From NCBI GenBank assembly GCA_951406725.2, contig OX597819.1:93124001-93188000 (forward strand): a DNA stretch of 64,000 nt, read 5' to 3'. The notes below the pieces were generated by a model. The model was not told the origin of the DNA. It was given only the letters and a program-made list of their open reading frames with translations, and did no database searches. The position numbers were made by a program, and so were the translations under genes. Source of the stretch: Octopus vulgaris (taxonomy: Eukaryota). Shown in pieces: positions 26,500 through 41,420 of the stretch (its first letter is position 1; every line of letters begins with the position of its first letter).

Positions 26500-28340
26500 A
26501 TTCACCAATCCAGGGCCAGAGATAAAAATGCCTGTTATTAAACCTTTTATTCGCGTCTTCCGAATCACCTTTCTTGCAATTGCTACTACGATGAGAAAGC
26601 AATTCTTACCTTCTTTCGATAGGAAATCCGGTGGGTCAATTTTTACTATTGACTCAGTCGATAACTGCACTCTTCCTGTACGAGACAATGGTTGTTCGGC
26701 ATAAACCCACACATCTGAAACCACCGAACACTGAACAATAGCATGCGGGACGGTTTCCCTGACTCGCCCACATCTTGGACAGGTCGGTGGGTTAGAGCCA
26801 CCATGATTGCGAGTTTGTCCCGGACAGGTAAGCTCCTCGGTAACATTGCCATCCTAAAGACGTCTGGAAGTTATCCAGTGTCTTCGGCCCGAATGTACGT
26901 TGGAACAGATTGGCCAGCTGATTATTGTCGAGACCTAGAGCTTCCCCAAGCTGAAGTCACATTTCGCCTCTATCAACCCTCTATAGAAGAATGTGGTAGA
27001 ACCACTACCGCAGATGTTGCCCGAGAGATGGAATATCCGGGGAGCCTTACGACACTCCGTACACCATGTACCCAACTTCGATCTACGATAGAACCAGATC
27101 TCCAGTCCACCGAAGCAAGTGAACTTGGAAAACAACTGTTTCGCCAGCGGAGACCACACCCGATCATCATCCAGATGCCTCAACCTCAGCGCGTGTCTGC
27201 GCATCATCAGCCAAGGCATCCCTAGCCCACCATTTAACGGTTGTTGGCAGCAAATAGAACGTCTCACAAGCGTATTCGAACCCTTCCACAAGAAGCGGAA
27301 GAGCTGTCTTTCCAGCTTGCTCAACTATGAATCAGGGCAGGGAACAACGGTTAGGCGGTAGGTGATGACCGATGCAATGATCACATTGGCCAGCTCCGCC
27401 CTCCCTGGCTCAATTTTCGCATCAATGGCTGAGAAAGCTAATACCCAGGCCGAACTGTGCCAGAACGGAGACCAGGTAATGATGGTCTACCCTATCAAAA
27501 GCCTTTGATTGGTCTAAATCGACCACTGGCCCTCCCTTGCAAGAATCATTATGAAACCCTTCTACAGTGTACTGTAGAAGATGGAGATTATCCTGAATGG
27601 TTCTACCGGGAAACGGCATATGCCTGTGCCTTCCCGATCAAGCCATCTTTTTGAGAATACTTTGGCCAAAATCTTCAACTCTGTGTTTAGCAGAGTGATG
27701 GACCGAAAATTATCAATGCAGTCCCCCCTTGTTCGGGTCCTTTCTGACAAGCCTCACTACTCCCCGGCGCACAGATCTGAGAATGAACCCATCCTGCTGC
27801 CAGTTCGCGTAGACATTCGCCAGCAGGTGCCCGAACAAGTCTGGCATACTTTTATACAGTTCATAGGGTAGACCATCCAGTTGCGGTGCCTTAACCCGCG
27901 TCGCGGTGCGTCATAGCCTCAATTACCTCCTCAGGCGCGATCGGCCCTTCACAACATTCCACTTCAAGCTCCGAGAGGCGCGGCAGCCCGGCGAGGAAAT
28001 CTGTTAGGTCCCTCTTACTGTCCGATCCGCTTCCCCACCCCGAAAATCTGGGCGAAGTGCTCCTGAAAGACCTCACGCATCTCCTTGAGCTCGTTTATCA
28101 ATTTACCTCTTTGGTTCATCAAAGATCGAATTGTGCCATCGTTTCCACGTTGGGGTCCCACCACTCGGCCCACCCTGCTGCCTTGATTCCTTCAAAACCC
28201 AATATACTAATCCTGGCTCCAACAATGCAACCCATATGTTGGGCTTCAAGATGCTGGTTTAACACCAGTCTCTTGGCCGTCACCTGAGCGGCAGAGCCAG
28301 ATTCCATTGCTTTCTCCAAATCCTTAGCTAATGCTAATCC
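26500..28340 (-). mobile_element. L1/Tx1-clade LINE ORF2 relic with the RT core internally deleted
   Basis: DGLPYELYK, NFRSITLLNTELKILAKV, PGRTIQDN, LDQSKAFDRVDH, FRFLWKG..GGLGMP, LPVRDKL..CPRCG..ETVPHAIVQC (CCHC). Many frameshifts, and no YADD segment between ~27420 and 27400. Confidence 0.9.
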
Positions 28341-28352
28341 CTTCCTAGTATA

Positions 28353-28590
28353 TCTATATATATAAAACTGAGAATGTGTGTGTGTGTCTGCCTGTCTAGA
28401 TATCTGTCTGTGTGAATCCCTAAAACTTGAGAACTACACAACCAATTTCATTCAAATATAACACATGCCTTACTTAGAGTCCATGTAGTGTCATGGGCAA
28501 AAAAATGTTTAACTTTTTGCCTAGGGCAATATCATATCTTGTCCACTATTTCAGTATTACGTGTTAAAAGTGAAATAAAAACATCTCTCT
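28353..28590 (+). mobile_element. Non-autonomous Helitron-like 5' end (inverted copy at ~40238-40634 with an internal tandem duplication)
   Basis: Starts TCTATATATATAAAA, then a (TG/TCTG)n tract and ccaatttcattcaaa; colinear with the reverse complement of 40238-40634. Confidence 0.7.
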
Positions 28591-28967
28591 ATTGTATATA
28601 TATGGATGTATATGTATATGTATATATATATCTATATATATATATATATAGATGTATATGTATACATGTATATGTATACATGTATGTCTCGATGTATATA
28701 TATATATATGTACATGTAATATATACACATATATACATGCATACATATATACACCCATACACACACCTCCAGCCCCAACTCCCCACACATGCACATGCAT
28801 AGGTGCAGGTTTGGCTGTGTGGTTACAAACTAAGTTCCAAAACACATGGTCCTCAGTTCAGTCCCACTGTATGGTAACTTGCCATGTGTCTTCTGCTAAA
28901 ACCTCAGACCAGCCAAAGTCTTGCCAGTGGATTTTGTAGACAGAAACTGAAAGAAATCAATTGTATG

Positions 28968-29012
<45 letters not shown>

Positions 29013-29208
29013 GTCTATGTGTGTGTCTTTGTGTTTCACCCTCATCACTGCTTCACAACTGGTGTTTGTTTATTTACATCCCCATAACTTACTGTTTTCA
29101 CAAGAAGAAACTGATAGAATAAGTACCAGGCTCATCAAAATATAAAAAAGCACTACGCAGTGTCTCATATTTTTTGTTTGCCCACTCAGTTGTATCTAGC
29201 AATTTATC

Positions 29209-29319
<111 letters not shown>

Positions 29320-29398
29320 ATAAATATTAGGGAATAAATCCAAATTTACAGGGAAAAAAATCAGATTTAGGATTAAATCCAATTTTATAGTAAAATAT

Positions 29399-29568
29399 TA
29401 TAAAATATTATTAGAGACAAAACCACTATTTTGCAAAACAAACAAGGAAAGACTTAATCAATACATAAAATTTTAATAAATAGTATTTATTGACTATTTA
29501 TTAAAATTTTATGTATTGATTAAGTCTTTCCTTGTTTGTTTTGCAAAATAGTGGTTTTGTCTCTAATA

Positions 29569-29578
<10 letters not shown>
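29399..29578. repeat. Perfect 86-bp-arm palindrome with an 8-nt loop
   Basis: 29399-29484 is the exact reverse complement of 29493-29578; flanked by (TA)n. Confidence 0.95.
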
Positions 29579-29601
<23 letters not shown>

Positions 29602-29659
29602 GGATTTCGTAGACAGGAACTGAAACAAATCAATCGTATATATATGTAAGTGTATGTAT

Positions 29660-32363
29660 TTTGATATAGGCAACATGTATAACAATGGTGAGAGACTACA
29701 TGAATTTTGCACATATCATAACCCGTGCATCACCAACACATTCTTTGCCAACAAGACATCCCACAAGGCATCTTGGAGACATCCAAGATCTCACCACTGG
29801 CATCAGCTGGATCTCATCATTACACGAAGGTCCTTTTTGAATTCTGTTCAACTGACCCGTAGTTACCACAGTGCAGATTGTGACATACATCATTCACTAA
29901 TAAGAAGCAGGGCGAGGATTCTGCCTAAGAAAGTCCATCACTCCAAGAAAATGGGCCGACCACGCATTAACACTGCCAGAACCTCGGACCCTACACTGCG
30001 AAAATGTTTTGCTGTTTCTATCAAGGTTGCCCTCAGTAGTTGCCCAACCTCCTCTGCTGAAAGTAGGTGGAATTATATCAGGGAAACTTTGTATACCACA
30101 TCAATAGATACTGTCGGCATGAGAGAAACGCAAAACCCAGATTGGTTCAGTGCTGGGCTCTCAGAGCTGGAAACAATTATCGAAACAAAGCGTGCAGTTC
30201 TGATGCAATACAAGAGTGATTCTTCTCCAAAGTCACTCGAAGAACTCAGAAAGGCAAGAAAAAAAACCCAACTGACTGCCAGACGCTGTGCAAATAGGTA
30301 TTGGCAGGAAATCTGTCAGAGTATCCAGTCAGCTGCTGACAGTGGCGACACCCTTGGGATGTGTGCAGATTTGAAGAAGGCCCTCGGTCCATCTGCAACC
30401 AAGTCAACCCCTCTGAAATCAACTACTGGAGATCTCATCAAGGACCAAAGCAAGCAAATGGATACATGGGTGGAGTACTACAAGGATCTCTACTCACGGG
30501 AGACCACGGTAGCTGAGGCTGCAATCGAGGGTGTCAAGATCTTGCCAATCATGTGTGAACTTGACAGTTGTCAACTATAGCAGAGCTCACCAAAGCTATT
30601 GACTCACTAGCAAGTAACAAGGCTCCGAGAAAAGACGTCATCCCGTTAGATATCATCAAAACCGGCAAAAACACTATCCTGCTTCGGCACCTTCATGAGC
30701 TTCTGTGTCAGTGCCGGGGAGAGGGTACAGTCCCTCAGGATATGCGGGATGCTAGCACCATTACGCTTTACAAAAACAAAGGTGAACGTGGTGATTGTAA
30801 CAATTACCGTGGAATATCTCTTCTACGCACTGTTGGAAAAGCCTTTGCTCGCGTTATCCTGTCCAGGCTACAACTGCTTGCTTCTCGAATTTATCTAGAA
30901 TCGTAGTGTGGCTTTAGAAGAAGCAGATCAACTATTGACATGATATTCTCCATACGCCAACTTCAGGAGAAGTCCAGAGAGCAGAAAATGCCATTATATA
31001 TGGCCTTCATTGATCTGACAAAGGCCTTTGATTTGGTGAGTAGAAAAGGCCTCCTCATCCTGCTCCAAAAAATCGGATGTCTACCAAAGCTGCTGAGGAT
31101 CATCAAATCTTTCCATGATGATAATCAAAGCACCATAAAGCACAATGGTTCACCATCAGTCGCCTTCCAAATAAAAAGCGGGGTAAAGCAAGGTTGTGCC
31201 CTCGCTTCTACATTATTTGGCATCTTCTTCTCGCTGCTGCTGTCACATGCCTTTCAGACATCAGATAATGGAGTGTTTCTGCACAGTAGCAGTGACGGGA
31301 AACTGTTCAATCTCTCACGCCTGCGTGTCAAGACCAAAATCAGAAGCGTCCTGATCAAGGAGGTGCTATTTGCTAATGATGCCGCTCTGGTATGACACAC
31401 AGAAGAAGACCTACAAAGGCTCATCAACTGTTTTGAGCAAGCATGTTGCGACTTTGGCTTAGTTATCAGCCTCAAGAAGACCAACATCATGGGTCGGGCT
31501 ACATCGGACATCCCAAACATACATATTGGAGACCTCAGACTACAGGAGGTGAAGAAGTTTACCTATCTTAGCTCTACCGTCACCTACAACCTATCCCTTG
31601 GTGTTGAGCTCAATATACGCATTGGAAGGCAGCTGCTGTGATGGCTCAATTATCCAAACGGGCATGGGACAACAATAACCTGACCAAGACCACAAAAATG
31701 AAGATTTACCAGGCATGTGTACTTAGCACTCTACTGTATGGAAGTGAGACTTGGACGCCATACACACGCCAAGAGCGTCGCCTAAATATCTTTCACCTGC
31801 GCTGCCTCCGGAAAATCCTTCGCATCAAATGGCAGAATCATGTCCCCAACAAAGATGTCCTCAAGCAAGCAGGATTACCAAGCATGTTTGCACTCCTCAC
31901 ACAAAGACGTATGAGATGGCTTGGACGTGTTAGCCGTATGGAAGATGGTGGAATCCCCAAGGACATACTCTACGGAGAGCTTGCTGGGGGCACTAGGTCT
32001 GTGAGAAGACCGTTCTTACGATACAAGGATGCCTGCAACATCAATATTACCAACTGGGAAGCAGTTGACAGCAACCGTGGTGATTGGCGAGGTACCGTAA
32101 AAGAGGGAACACAAAGAGTGACATAGAGAGAGAGAGGAGAAATGGAAAGACAAGAAAAGACGTCAACAAGAAAGTATGACATTACAACCAGCCAGACAAA
32201 GTATTCGTTACATTTGCGGCACCTGCCAGAGGGAGTGTTTGTCCAGGATAGGACTACACAGCCACAGCAGGAGATGTATTAGGACATGAAATGTAAAAGC
32301 CAGACTAGATTATCTTATGCACAACTCCATTGTCTCCCGAGACAAAAAGGATGCCAACAACAA
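29660..32363 (+). mobile_element. 5'-truncated RTE-clade LINE (APE C-terminus + RT + C-terminal zinc finger), disrupted
   Basis: ORF pieces: NGERL..NTFF..SWRHPRS..LDLII..SADCDIHH (APE); YRGISLL, AFIDLTKAFD, GVKQGCAL, LFANDAAL (RT, YADD degenerate); LLYGSETW..RMRWLG; CGTCQRECLSRIGLHSH near 32210-32270. The 3' tail is a stem-loop plus (CAA)n. Confidence 0.93.
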
Positions 32364-32638
32364 GATATATGGATTTCGTAGACAGGAACTGAAACAAATC
32401 AATCGTATATATATATGTATGTATATATGTAAGTGTATGTGTGTGTCTTTGTCTCTGTGTTTCACCCTCATCACTGCTTCACAACTGCTGTTCATTTATT
32501 TACATCCACTTAACTTACTGGTTTCACAAGAACAAACTAATAGAATAAGTAGCAGGCTTATCACCATAAAAAAGGCACTAGGCTGTGTCTCATATTTTTG
32601 TTTGCCCAATCAGTTGTATCTATCAATTTATCTTTGTA

Positions 32639-32762
<124 letters not shown>

Positions 32763-33996
32763 ACACCCTAATGGAGCCTTAACTCCCAAATTTTAGTCAT
32801 TTCTTTTATGATCCAAAACTAGGTCAAAAGTACTGAATGGATCTTTATGAAAATTGGAAATTATATTCTATGCATAAGGGCCATAACCCCCATGACAATT
32901 CATATGATTTTGCTGTTGAGGATTTTTTAACCATATATATGAAGTAATATGTATAAAATTTCATCTTCTTACAAGTTATAAAGACCTTTGACGTACACTT
33001 ACTTTGTGATTTCTGCAATGTGGTGCATAAATTGTCAAGTAAATGAAAGGCATCTTTGCCTCCACTGATTCAGTTGCAAAGTGTTGAGTAAAGTTATTTG
33101 ATTGCAGACCTCCTTTCAGTCTTTTTGTAATCACACGGTCACACATAGTCCCCATATGGTAACATTGATTTCAAGGCCTTCCCAGATGAGTGACTGGTTA
33201 TTCAAAGACATTTTGTAAATTTATTCTGTCCAGTTACATATCGGTATAGTGGTCATTTGCAAACTCCAACTTTCATTTCTCCTTAGCCCTCACGTCACAC
33301 AGTTGTTAAAGTTTATTTCAGTAGGGTCACGCCCTTTCAATTGCTATAGATTCGTAATGCATCTATAGAATTCCGTAATAAATACAAATAGAAGCCTAGC
33401 AACAAATTTCTTTGTTTTCCTAATTTATCGTAGGGAGAAATCCGTATTATTGAAGATACATTTAGAGCTAGAAACACTATAAACTAAAATACCCCAGAGA
33501 TATAGTTAGGCTATAATAATGGATATCAAAATATTACTAGTTTTTTTTTAGAAGTAACCAGATTTGAAGTTACTTAAAAATAAGGATGATTATTGGTATA
33601 TTATGGAAGGGAGTAATCAGTAAATGAAAATTAATACAAACAAAAACAAGGATTGGTCCTCGATAAATATAATTAATATTATTATTTTTTAATTAAATGA
33701 CTATATATAATATCCAAATTTTATTAATTCTTTCATAAGTAGCAAAATAATATTGTTGTAATAAGAATATACGTTATAAACTATACAATATTATGATAAT
33801 AAATATTGTGGCTATCAAATTTAGTTAGTAATTCAAATTTAGTTAGTAAGAATTTTCTAAATACATATTTAGAATATTCAGAATAGTATGTACAAGATAG
33901 AACATTCTCTTTCATTAAGCAATTTCTTCTTAGATGTTAATATCTGATATAACCCATCTATTCATAAGTTGCATCTAGTATCATTAATTTTGTATA

Positions 33997-34421
33997 CTCT
34001 CTCTTTACTCTTTTACTCTTTTACTTGTTTCAGTCATTTGACTACGGCCATGCTGGAGCACCGCCTTTAGTCAAGCAAATCGACCCCGGGACTTATTCTT
34101 TTTTTTTTTGTAAGCCCAGTACTTATTCTATCGGTCTCTTTTTGCCAAACCGCTAAGTGACGGGGACGTAAACACTCCAGCATCGGTTGTCAAGCAATGC
34201 TAGGGGGACAAACACAGACACACAAACACACACACATACATATATATATACATATATACGACAGGCTTCTTTCAGTTTCCGTCTACCAAATCCACTCACA
34301 AGGCATTGGTCGGCCCGGGGCTATAGCAGAAGACACTTGCCCAAGATGCCACGCAGTGGGACTGAACCCAGAACCATGTGGTTGGTTAGCAAGCTACTTA
34401 CCACACAGCCACTCCTGCGTC
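33997..34421 (-). mobile_element. tRNA-derived SINE family B (CORE-like box, internal microsatellite), full length
   Basis: Head GCAGGAGTGGCTGTGTGGTAAG, GGTTCAGTCCC B-box, cttgggcaagtgtctt CORE-like motif, (AAGAGTA)n tail. Confidence 0.9.
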
Positions 34422-35744
34422 TGTATGATTAAGTATTTTCCAATTTATGTTGTATAATTTCTTACTATCTTCAATTTCTAAATTAAGTTTACTCAGACTA
34501 GTACTGTTAAACGTATCTCAATTCCTAAAGGTGTACTCATGGTTTGCAATCCGTTTTCTTAATAAAATTCTCCGTTGACCCTATGTAAAGATAATTTTTC
34601 TAAATTAAAACCCTGATACTTAATTATATACATATATATTATTGTTGTATGTTATAATAGCGTAAGATTGTCTTCGACATAAACGACTTTGGTTTGATAT
34701 TATTTGATATATATATAAATACATATAAATAGATTTCAATAGTTGTAGATTCTACTTGATTATTTTATACGTTATAATTTTGTAGTTGTTTCTAATTATA
34801 ATTGATATGTAGTTGAATAGCCAACGCTCACGCTTATAATACACAGGCATTTGAATTGAACTTTTTTACAATCCAGCCGTCTTTTCAGATAGAATTTCAT
34901 CTATCTTCAAATATTGGCTCTGATGAGGTTTATATAAGGGAATCATTGTTTAAATATCAAACAATTTATATGTCAAAACACATTGTTGGTGTTTTTTTGT
35001 TTTTTTTAATTGTTTATGTTATATTATATTGTATTAGATTATATTCCTAGTATATTATTTTATAATATAAATAAATTATTGGATTGTCAATTGTATCTCT
35101 CTATTTAATTTATTGTTTATATTTATTTATATTTAGAAGTTCAAATAAAGACTACAGACCTCATTAAAGTATAATAAAATCTATTAAAAGTTCTGGTTAG
35201 TTACCTATACAAAGAATGTTGAACATTACAATTAATATTCAACTGTAAGGTATGAAAACCTATTTTGCATATCTTAAACTACCTCTGACAAAATTCGACT
35301 TCCAAAAATTTTTCATTTTATTTATCAATTTTATGACGGTCTAGAAATGAAACAGCTGTAAGCGTTGTTGTCAATTTTTAATTAATAAATAATTTATTAA
35401 TTGTTTCTATATTTTCTTATTTTTCTGAAATATACATATATATACATGTATATGTGTGTTTATGCTTGTGCGGCTTTCACCACTATCGCTCGACAACCGA
35501 TATTGGTGTGTTTACGTCCCCGTAACTTAGCGGTTTGACAAAAAGGAAGTACTAGGCTTGCAAACAATAAGTCCTGGGGTCGATTTGCTCGACTAAATAC
35601 GGTGCTCCAGCATTTCTGCAGTCAAATGACTGAAACTAATAAAAGAAAAAAAATAATACACACACGCGCACAAACACACACACATACATACATACATACA
35701 TACATACATACATACATACATACATACATACATGCATACATACA

Positions 35745-35811
<67 letters not shown>

Positions 35812-36486
35812 GAAGGTACACACACACATATATACATATATATGTATATATGTGTGTGTATAGATGTGAATATATAATTAGGTCGATGAAGTCTTTTCGT
35901 ATTTAAAAACTATAAAGGAATAATATAATTAAGCTCAAAGAATAGCTTCCCAATAATGATTTTCTGTTTTTCTCCTTTCGTAACAAAAAGCCGAAGACAT
36001 CTCAAATTCGGCCATTGTCAACCAATTAGAAGTCAACAAAGAGATGAAATATGTCGACTTGAAGTGCAATGAATTAGTGTTTTGTAAGATAGAACTGGAT
36101 GGATTATAGAACAATGAAACAACAACACTGTGGTTTCTCGATTAACGAAATAAAAGACAGACTTTTCAGATGAAAAGTACGTTCCTTCGGTGTCAGTATC
36201 ATGACCAATATCATCATTGATGTAGCCGTCGTCTTCGTCGTCAGTATTACCTTCGTAAACTTCATCATCATCATATTCATTAACATCATTGTAGCCATCA
36301 CTACAACGAGCATCATCATCCTCATTATCGACGTCATCATAATATCCGTTATCATTTTTTACAACAAGAATCAGCTTCCTCTTCCCTGTCCTCCGCTCCG
36401 CCTTCTCTTCCTCAACGTCATCACCATCAACATCAATCAGAGTTCATCATCCCCAGCTTCATCCTCATTATCATTATCACCAACAC

Positions 36487-36519
<33 letters not shown>

Positions 36520-38274
36520 TATCGCCACCAGTTCTAGCAGCAGCAACAGTGGCAGTATCGCGATCCAACGCAATCAAAATGTTTACGATGTTGACTGCAC
36601 CAAAATTTCTTTTATTTTGAGATTTGTGAATGGAGAATTTTTGAACAATTTCCAGAAATCATATATAGACTAGAAATTATATGTAGATTATACAGAATCT
36701 ATTCAAAATGATGATCACAACTGGCTTAGAAATTCTATCCGAAGAAAGGGACCCTGCTTGTTTGTTTCAATCCCTTCGTAGAGCAGTCAAAATGTTCATA
36801 AACTGGCGAACATTGCTGCACAAATATTCAATGGGGAAGTCATTCATTAGATTAGCCACACTCGCAGTAAATACAGTCTTTTAAAGTTATTCTATCTTTT
36901 GCTTGCTTCAGTTATTAGATTTCGGCCATGCTTAGGCACCGCCTCAAACAAACTTCGGTTTTTATTTCGCTTTCAAATCTGGTACATATTCTATAGTTTA
37001 CTTTTGTTAAACAGTTAAGTTACTGGTGTGTAAACAAGGAAACACCGGTTATTAAGCAGTGCAGGGAACAAACACACAATCATATTCACATATAGATAGA
37101 CGGATATACACACACTTATATGTGTGTATGCGCGTGTATGTGTGTGCATGCGTGTGTGTATATGAAAGCGTGTGGTTTAGTGGTTAGGGCATTCGGCTCA
37201 TGATGGTAAGGTGGTGAGTTCAATTCTCAGCGACACGTTGTGTCCTTGAGCAAGACACTTTATTTTACATTACTCCTGTTCATTCAGTTTGCAAAAATGA
37301 GTAGTATCTCTATTTCAAAATGTGCCGGCCTTGTCACATTCTAAAATTCTTTGGAAAGTTTCTTGTAACAATATTTGTATTACACTAATTGATTAAGTAG
37401 TGTAAAATATTGTTATAAACATTTACGGAATGTACATCAAACTGCTGCAGTTATATGTATGCATAAGATCTGATTAGATCTCAATTGATTTGGTGCTTGT
37501 TATTGATTTAAAAAGAAAAGTGGTTTTCAACCGAGTTCTTGATTAAGAATAATTTCATTGCATCATCGATCACATTAATCATCTTGCAGGCATGTAGTGA
37601 CACCTGACTCTCTAATTGAATTAATAAACTGGGCTCAGTCCTTGATATCTTACGAGTTGCTGACAGGACTTATAAGTATTTCTATTTTCTATGTTGTAAA
37701 ATCATTGACAAAGAAGCGCACAAATTAAAATTCCTCTTCCCACATTCTCCCTCTATTTCTTTCTCTCATGCACACACACAGACACATATATACAGAGAGA
37801 GAGAGAGAGAGGGAGATGCATGCATACACATACACACACGAACGCATACACTTACACACAAACGCATACACATATACAAACATGCACACACACACACACA
37901 TATATATATATGTATATATATGTACATACTTCAATTTTTCCCTTGATGAAGGACTGTATCCAAAACGTTCACTGTACATTTTACCAAATTCCCAACATAA
38001 TATGGTCTTACCAAAGCAGAACAACACCAGCCTCATTGGAGCTTGTCAGATTATGTATACGCACACACACACATGCACACATACATATATATATAGATAT
38101 ACATATATATATGTTCACGCAATGTGTCCGAATGCTTAGGAAATTCTCTTTCCAAGCAAAAGATATTGGAATTGTTTTTTACATGTTTTTTACATGAATT
38201 AGGTTAAATAAAAACTCTGTAGAAAGCCATTATGTATTATGTGGATTGTAGCCGTAGTGTACATATATATGTAA

Positions 38275-38352
<78 letters not shown>

Positions 38353-39251
38353 ACGTACATATTTATAGATATATGGGTGCTTAAATATGTATGTATATAT
38401 CAATGAACGTATGTACATATCTTTTACTTTCGTCTTAATAGGAGAATCAGAAGTATGCAAAAGATAATTCAAGGCAATAGACATTTTTCATATATATCTA
38501 ATTATCTTTTCCTGCCGACCCACTTGTTTCGAAATATCTTACCTCTTCAGTGCTAAGTGCTAGGTACTAAATTAGCTGCATTATGGATAAAGTTAAGCTG
38601 ATAATTTCTTTCATTAAGAATGTGAAAGAATGAAGAATGGAGTGTAAGATTACAGTTGAAACGCTTAGTTTTAAATGGAAATAAGAAATGAAAGAGCGGA
38701 CACATATATGTTCAATGACATTGCGGGTTGTGACAAAGAAACCCCGCAGCTAAGTAAAATAAGAAAACAAAATAATTAGAATTTATAGAAAATAATAAGA
38801 AATATACATAATCTACATATAAAGAGACATAGGATTAAAATTAGAGGTAGGGAAGGGATAGAGGTAATCCGAAAAGATGGGGTAATTTGTATGGAAGTAG
38901 TGAGAGCAGTTAAAGGTATTCAGACCGAGAGATTTTATAAGTTGTAATGCTAGAGGTGTTATTGTATGAATGATTTTATAGTTTCTAGGGCGTATATGAT
39001 CTAGTCAAATGGAGACTTACATAAAGTAACTACAAATATATGTAATATGATCAGTAGGGTAGAACATCATAGAAAGGAAAATAGTGTAATCACCAAAATA
39101 GGATGAATTCAGACTAACTAGGTAGGGGCTATCATGGAATAGTATTATATATAACATATGTAATGCAATATAACTCACCATATAACGTAATAGTGACTTT
39201 ACATAATTCACCATATAACATAATAATGACTTTATGTAAGTCTCCTTTTGA

Positions 39252-39293
<42 letters not shown>

Positions 39294-39370
39294 TATATGT
39301 CATATATCAGATGTTTGTATGTGTATAATGTATGTATGTATTTACACACACTCGCGCACATATATATGTG

Positions 39371-39433
<63 letters not shown>

Positions 39434-41216
39434 AAGCATTATGACCCGTCGTTGCCGGGTCATAGTGCTAGTGCATGTATATATGTGTATATATATGTGT
39501 ACATATTTCATATACATCTATATATATATATATACATCTACGCATAAAATACAAAATACAAAGTTATATCTTGATATCGCTAGTGATAACAATACTCAAA
39601 ATATATAACAGACTGGAATTGTAAGCCCGTCTCTTGCAATTTCGATCAGTTGTATCTTGTCCTCCCTCTTGTATAGAAGTGTGGCTACAATCCAGCCTAC
39701 CTCTACTGCTGGGGGGGATAGACATCTTAAATTTTTATCCGGGACGTCCAACGTCCCAGATACAAAAGTAAAAATAAAATATTTCCACTTTGCAAGTTCG
39801 AGTCGAGTACTCCCTTGCACGCTCTGTTGACTCGAACCTTGCTTCTATTATGGCGAATTTACCGCCTCTGTTTAGATATCTTTCATAGTCGCACCAAGAC
39901 ACTTTTCGATGGTGATTTCCTCCAGGTGTTCAAATCTTTTTTCTCTACATTGTATACTTTATAGACAATAGTCTTTTCTTTAATTTAATTTTTTATTATC
40001 CATCTGGACTATTCCATTTCTGCACGCTAATTTCATTTTTAATTTATTTCCATTCATGTGAAACCACTTATTCAAGTTCAAGTCATTGATGCAATTTTAT
40101 ACCATTTGCTATTTTTACTTTTGTTATGTTACGATTACATTATACTTTAGTTTGATTTTAATTATTACTTACTACATGTAATTCAATTGTTATTATTATC
40201 TCTAATTGTTATTGTTAAAGTGAAAGTATCTGACATAAAATAGAGAAATGTTTTTGTTTCACTTTTAACACGTAATACTGAAATAGTGGACAAGATATGA
40301 TATTGCTATGGGCTCGCTCTAGGCAAGAAGTTGAACATTTTTTACCCATGAAACTACATGGACCTTAAGTAAGGCATGTGTAAAATTTGAATGAAATTGG
40401 TTGTGTGAGTTCTCAAGTTCTAGGGAATCGTAGTGGAGAAGATATAATATTGCTGTGGGCTCGCCCTAGGCAAAAAGTTAAAACATTTTTGCCGATGACA
40501 CTCCCCGGACCCTAAGTAAGGCATGCGTAAAATTTTAATGAAATTGGGTGGGTAGTTCTCAAGTTTTAGGGAAACACACAAACAGACAGACAGACACACA
40601 CACACATTCTCAGTTTTTTTTTGTATATATATATGGAGAACCCCGGCCATTGCCTCCTTAAGCTGTTGCTGTTTCGTCGTTGTTGTTGTTGTTGAGCAGT
40701 TCCAGAAATTTAAAGAAAAGGAACTTCATGGAAGCCAAGTTGTATCAAAACCATACACAAATTTCGTAAAATCCGAAATCCAATTGAGACACGATAACTA
40801 TTCGATTCTCTGGTGTGACTGACACACACAATGCTTCGAACCAACAGAATATGTACTTTACATATTCTGTACATAGTCTGCTAGTATTTGTCACAGTTTT
40901 ATATTTTGCATAAGAATGCGAACATGTTTTTGTAATGTCGGAACATGTTAATTGGTGATATAATTAAAATTATTTCTCCAAAATGGAAATATAAAAAAGA
41001 AATACGTTGGATGCGAGTTTGTTTCTAGGTGTATTAGGATGTCACTACAACGACTACTACTTATATTGTTAATACAATTTGCTGGAATATTCAATAGATA
41101 ATAAAAAGAAAACTACAATATTCTAAGACATTCTTCGTTAGGTTTTGCAGGGTATTCCCTCCGCCTCATAATTAGGAAAATAATCTTTTTATGTATAATT
41201 CGTTTAAATGAAACAG

Positions 41217-41420
41217 AGATGTTTTCGCCGCCAATTTGTGTATATGAAATTATCTTCGAGTCTTCAGAGAGAACATCTTCAAAACTTTAATGAGCTCATA
41301 TCAATATTACAGAATTTCTACTTGTAGTATATGGAAACGAATACAGTACTTCGTATAATTCTTTATTTCATTCTTTGTTCTTTAGAATATTAAATAAATT
41401 TAAACAGTAATGCTATTTTA
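41217..41420 (+). pseudogene. FN3-like pseudo-exon
   Basis: CAG acceptor, phase 1: EMFSPPICVYEIIFESSERTSSKL**AHINITEFLLVVYGNEY fits the FN3 start pattern PP...tS..l.W..i..y.v.y, with W->TGA. Confidence 0.4.
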
